64,000 nt of DNA. Source: Camelus ferus (Eukaryota). The position numbers and the translations under genes were made by a program. Within the stretch, counting starts at the first letter, position 1. Each line of letters begins with the position of its first letter. This document shows, piece after piece, positions 58,565 to 64,000 of the stretch. The notes beneath the pieces are model-generated. The model ran no database searches, had not been told where the DNA came from, and saw only the letters and a program-made list of their open reading frames with translations. The stretch spans positions 1,118,001 through 1,182,000 of the forward strand of contig NC_045698.1 in assembly GCF_009834535.1 (NCBI RefSeq). The letters run 5' to 3'.

Positions 58565-58722
58565 TGGGGAGGGTGCAGCCCAGTGGAAGAGCTCCTGCTT
58601 AGTGTGCTCGAGGTCCTGGGTTCGAGCCCCAGGCCCTCCACTTAAATATCAATAAACCTAAAATGAAACCTAATTACCTACCCCACAAACATTTTTTGAA
58701 ATTAAAAATTTGAATTAAAAAA
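58565..58722 (+). mobile_element. tRNA-derived SINE, camelid Vic-1-like, with 10-bp TSD
   Basis: ggggagggtgcagcccagtggaagagc...gaggtcctgggttcgagcccc...aaacctaattacc; TSD tgatacactg at 58552-58561 and 58723-58732. Confidence 0.85.
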
Positions 58723-61489
58723 TGATACACTGGTGAGGGAGGTGGATTTCCACGTCCGATGCCCTGCACCGTGCTGCGAATCTGACCCTGAGCCTGGCTG
58801 GTGCGTCGCTGGACGTCATCACGGGGCGAGCCGTGTGAGAGGGAGCAGCGGCAGACTTGACTCTCGAGCGATTTCACGGCCCGGGGAGCACGCGCATGAA
58901 GGCTGGAGGAGACGGATGAGACCTGACACATCTGAGCAGCAGCAGAAGAAGGAAGCGACTTAATGGGCTTCTCCAGGACTGCCCCGGGAGGATGGACCGT
59001 CCTCGCCCATTAAATATTAACCGGCTCCAGGACGTTCCTGTGGCCGTGCGCCCTGGGCCGGCAGAGCGCCTGGGAGAGGAGGCCCTGCTCGCCGACCGCT
59101 TACAGTCGGCGGCGATCTGGGGAGAGGAGCGGCGTCCAGCCAGCGCCTTCCACCTGCAGCACCCCAGCGCGGGGACCGTGGGTGTGTCCCGGCTTCTCCG
59201 GAAGCCCCATCCCAAAGGGCGCCGCACCCACGGTGGCAGGTCCGTGCAATGGGAGCCGCCCTCGGCGATTTGCCTCGTGGGCCTGATTCCTGCAGAGTTT
59301 CCTGGGAAGGCATGGTAGCGCGTGCAGCCGAGGATCGGGGAGTCGGGAGAGGAGGGGCGCTATGAGCCTGGACTGGAGAGCCCCGGAGAGGACCCCGCGG
59401 GGAGGCACTCTGGGGCGGGTCCCCCTGCAGAGCCGGTGTCTCCCTCAGCCTCCCCTCAGAGGGAGCGAGGGTGCTGCGGGACCGGGCAGGTGGTTCCCGA
59501 GGGCCTGCCCTGCATGTTGGCAATGGGACCAGCTCAGCTTAGCACTGGGTCACCATAAAGCACCCCCGGCACCTGCCCCTCGAGTTCCAGAAAAGGACAT
59601 CACGACAGGGGACTCTGACACTCACCCGAGTGCCCGTCTGCCGGGCTCAGGGCTGAGCCACAGCTCGCAGAGCCCGGGGTTGTGTGTGGAGAGATGGCTG
59701 CTACGTTTGGTCTCTGCCCATCGAAGAACCGTCCTTCACCCCTGTCCCAGGGCGAACTTGAGGCCACACGTTGTGTGCAGCCAGGGACAAGCGCTGGGGC
59801 CCTGGTGTCCGTGCGGAGCAGAGCCCCGACCCCGCCGGCACTGCCTTGCGGTTTGGGAGGACGTCACGTTTTGTGGGGCTGTGTGTCTGCGGGTCAGAGC
59901 GGCGAGCCTGCCTCGCGCACACCGAGCGCCTGCGAGGAACGTGGGACTCGAAGCCCCTCCCTGGCGGAGACTGAGGGGCGCGCGGGGGGCGCTGACTGGG
60001 ACGCGGGGCGAAGGCCGCAGGGAGAGTCTTCACAGCAGCAGCGTGCTTGCTGGGCTGGCCTCCCTTTTTAGGGTTTGGGACCTCGGTTCACCTCCTGAAG
60101 GCCGGTGTTTACTCCAGGCAGACGGGGCTCTGGCCACACGTGTCTGAGGGTCCGGTGCTCTGACAGCAGGGGGCTTCGGGAGCGTGTGGCCATGGGAACG
60201 CTTGCAGGGACCCAAGGGAGAGGAAGCGGGGATATGTGCCTGTCGGGCAATGAATAGATGCCTCCTGTCCTTTGAAAAAGAGATTAGCTCAGTCGGAGTC
60301 TAGAAGGAACCAAAGTGCTGCTAAGACAAATCTCTGGGTCCAAATGCAGCTGCCGAAACTAAAGGAAACTAAATCTGAATCATATTCACAGAGCCCAGCC
60401 CGGCTTCCGAGGGAGGCCCCGCCCCCACGTCCTGGGCGAGTCTGGGCCGCGTTGATGTCAGGAGGCGGGGATCTGGCCTCGCTCTGCGTGCTGGGAGGGT
60501 GGCTTCCCCACCTCCTCCTTGTCCTCCCCACAGGTGGCTGTGCGGTGAGGAGTCATTTTGAATTAGGACTCAGCGAAGGGCAGCTCTTCGAGTTGGGCTT
60601 GGAGGACGCGGCGGAGTGGGGGCTCCCTGGGTGCGTGTCCCGAGTCCCCGGCCTCGTCAGTGTCAGTCTTGTGTGCAGGGTGCAGGTGCTGCCCTCCCCC
60701 CCGGCTGGCGGGCCCATGAGACCAAGCCCCACACGCCTGCCGTGAAGTCTCCCGTCTTCCCTGCTTGGCTCTCGGGGGGGTTTCTAGCGGTGCCTGACGT
60801 CTGTTTGCTGGTGCCCTTGGGTCCCCAGTCTCCCGAGTGGTCCGGCTTTGGCTCCCGGGAGCCCTTCTTCCCCTGCACCGCCCAGCCCCCAGACGCCCAG
60901 GGGAACGGGGCTCGGCCTGCGCCGTCGCTGCCCCCTCGCTGGTCTCCTGGTCCCGCAGGTCAGCACCTTATTCTTGGGGCTGAGCCCTCCCTGCAGAGCT
61001 GCAGAGCGAGCAAGTGGAGGCCAGCAGGCGCGGGCGGCGGCCGGGCCGGCGCGGATGAGCCTGGAGCTCCTCGTCGCTGTGCCGCCCGCCCCGCGTCATG
61101 TCTCCTGGTGCCCCCCTCCTCCGCCTCAAGAGCGCCCAGGTCCCTGTGAGTGGGCAGGCGATCCCGTCCACCGCTTCTGAGTCCCAAGTGCCTACGACGC
61201 TGCTCAGCGCCAGATGAAGGCCCATCGGTGTGCGTGAGTTGTCTGCTCAGCATTTAAGGAAGACCTGGCAACACTCAAGTCTGTCCTGCTTTGCAAGCCC
61301 GTCTTTTTCAGTCACCAGGGAAGGCTCTGGGCCCGAGACGACCCATTTCTTCTTGGGGCTCCTTCCCTACGAGGCGTTTCCAGTGGACTTCCACGTGCCA
61401 AGGCCCTGCGGCAGCTGCACAGCTCAGGGGATTCTCTGGAGGCCAAACGATAAATGTCAAGACACCGAGGTTTACTTTCCTTTGCATAC

Positions 61490-61748
61490 TCTTTTATTGA
61501 AGTACAGTCGGTTTACAGAGCTGTGTCAGCACCGTGCTTCAGTCATACGGATGCATACGTCTATTCATGTTTATATTCTTTTTCACGCCAGGTTACCACA
61601 AGGTATTGAATATAGTTCCCTGTGCTGTACAGTAGGACCTTGTTGTTTATCTACTTTATATATAGTGCTGTGTGTCTGCAAATCTCGAACTCCCAATTTA
61701 TCCCTTCCCCACCCTTCCTCCCTGGTAGCCAAGAGTCTGTTTTCTATA
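61490..61748 (-). mobile_element. L1 3' UTR fragment (same family as 29.5 kb and 39.3 kb)
   Basis: ttttattgaagtacagtcggtttaca...ttgaatatagttccctgtgctgtacagtaggaccttgttgtttatc. Confidence 0.85.
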
Positions 61749-63344
61749 TGACACTGAGGTTTGCATCTAAGCTGAGCACAGCCTTTCCCCCACAGTTAAC
61801 ATACTGACAATTAAAACAAGTTCTGCTTTTAAAGAGTTTAGACAATTGTCTGATGGAGACTAAGATTAGGATAACGTTTTCTCCGTCACTGCCGCTGGGA
61901 GTTTGATTTGATAACGCGCTTCGGCTGCTTGCAGTGGGGACAGTAGGGTTTCCATCAGATGGAAGGTGGGGAGAGAGGGAGGGGAGGGTACTAACTCGCT
62001 CCTCCTCCTCCGGGAGCTTCCTTTGCACTGGCGTCCAAGTGTGGGCATGCCTGCCCGAGGGGCCGAGAGATGGTGAGTCTGCAGTGGGCCGGGAGGGTTG
62101 TCTTGGGGTGTGGGCAGGTCTGCGTCCCTCCTCTCACCCACAGGGAGGCCAGCCTTGTGAGGCTCCGCAGGGTCCCCAGAGAAAGTCCCCAAGGAGGCAG
62201 AGTGCTGTGGGGATGGGGACGCCCAAGTGTGCCTCCTGTGAGCCGGTGCCCTGGAGAGACCGAGGCATAGAGGAGACATTCCTGCACGGGCAGCCTGTCC
62301 CCCAAAGTGTCAGCACGGAGCCCCCGGGGACACCGTCCCCTGGATCTGCGTCGCCCAGGTGAGGCGCTGCTCCAGGTTGGGCAGGTCTCCATCACAGGAG
62401 GTGAGCCCTCCGGCCGGGGCAAGGCATGGGGGGGACCCCCCGGGGGAAAGTGTTCACATCCTGCCGATGTCCTCACCACTGAGCAGGGTTTCCAACCCCG
62501 CAGTCCTCGGGCCCCTCGCGGCCAGGTGCACCTGCCCGACGCCCGATCGGGCCTCATGGCAACAGAGAGGCTGCCCCCGCCCCCCGGGCGGCCTGCGAGT
62601 CCGGCTGGTGTCTCTGCAGCATCTCCGCTCATGGGGCACTCTGACCCCGCTGTCCCCGGTCGCAGTGGCTGTCCCGCGCCAGCCACGCGGTCGGCTGCCG
62701 CCTCTCCAGGCACAGAGCAAGGCCTGGCTGCTTGTTCAGCAGGCCGAGGCCCAGGCTTGTTCCGCCTAACACGGTCCCGGACAGTGAGCCCCGAGCAGAA
62801 AAGCCAGAGCAGGTAGAACAGAAAACGAATTCAGTTCCAAAAAGCCCACCGGTGCTGTGCTGCGTGGTGTGCGGCTGGCGGCAACACTGATCAGGTCTCC
62901 GACACGCCGGTGTTTCAGTCACTATTAGTTTTTGCGTTACTTTTTATTGCTTTCACATATTGCACTGGAATGTTGTTTATCTCAGTTACGAGTCTCTTTG
63001 ACGGACCTGACATTTTCTGGCCGAGGCTGGTGCCCGTCATCCTCACCCCGGCTGCAGTCCCGGCGGCTGGGACTGTGAGGTGCCTGCGAGAAATGTGGCC
63101 AGGAAATGCCTGGAGAAAACCAGAAAACGTGGCCGAGGCCCGTAAACATAATTGGAAGAAGTCTGGGGTGACGCCACCTTCGAGCTTTGCCTCCTTCCTG
63201 ACACGCGAGCTCGGCACCTCCTGTGCGCAGACTAACCCGCGGACACGCTTTCATGCGCTTGCTACCTCCAGCTCAGGCTCTGGCTGTGTTCTGTCGTGAT
63301 TCCGTCTTGGCTCATTGGGATTCTCTTACTGACGTACGTGTACA

Positions 63345-64000
63345 AATAAAGATATTGAATCAATAACCAAAAAAAAAAAACCCTAATGAATGTAAGTCCA
63401 GACGGGTGCCTTCATGGTTGAATTCCATCGAACATTAAAGAAGAATTAACACCAGTCATTCTCAGACTTTTCTAAAAATACAAGAGGCTGGAGAACTCCC
63501 TAGCATGTCTGTGAGGGCATGCCACCCCGGACACCCAGCCGGACAGAAGCGCCAGACAGAAGAGAAGCTGTTGGCTGCACCCCTCATGAACGCAGAGGGA
63601 AATCCTCCACAGGCACCACCCAACGGCGCATTGAGAGGATCAAACACCACGACCGAATGGGATTCATCCCAAGAACGTGAGGGCGTTTCAACACCCCCAA
63701 ACCAAACAATGTCATACGTCATATTAACAGGATGAAGGGAGCGGAAAGGATAACCTCAATTAATGCAGAAAAAGCATTTCTAAAGGCCAGTACCTTCCAT
63801 GACATAAAGACTCAATGACTGGGGGCAGAAGAAAACCCTCTGCGTGAGCTCAAGGGCACCTGCGGAGGACCCACAGCTGACCCCTCCGAGGCCAGGGACG
63901 GGGAGGGAGCCTGTTCCCAGCACCTCGCCTCAGGCTGGACTGGAGGTCCTCTCCAGGGCAGCCAGGCGAGAAGAAGAAGTGAATGGCGCCCATGCTGAAG
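63345..64000 (+). mobile_element. Degenerate L1 ORF2 reverse-transcriptase region, running off the window edge
   Basis: ccagacgggtgccttcatggttgaattccatcgaacattaaagaagaattaacaccag, caccacgaccgaatgggattcatcccaagaac (HHDQVGFIP-like) and aatgcagaaaaagcattt. Confidence 0.85.

Overview
Mammalian genomic DNA, GC- and CpG-rich. It is very probably from a camelid (camel/alpaca/llama), based on four copies of a tRNA-derived SINE resembling the camelid Vic-1 family. The only protein-coding gene I can support is IRX4 (Iroquois TALE homeobox 4) on the minus strand. Its five coding exons are complement(join(693..1516,1967..2295,3137..3249,3967..4218,4717..4761)), 1563 nt = 520 aa + TGA, with all introns GT-AG and an AATAAA at 133-138. 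The remaining ~59 kb is the upstream regulatory gene desert: several CpG islands, AT-rich motif-dense blocks that look like conserved enhancers, and many decayed transposons (L1, L2, MaLR/MLT, hAT MER elements). I found no new protein-coding system; the long GC-rich ORFs in the track are explained by low stop-codon density. The best leads are: splice-site evidence for upstream non-coding IRX4 exons; an orphan CpG-island promoter at ~27.3 kb; a MEIS + PBX/HOX + octamer module at 6.4-6.6 kb; and strong AT-to-GC rewriting of ancient repeats, consistent with GC-biased gene conversion. Repeat family names and comparisons with human IRX4 come from memory and need database confirmation.
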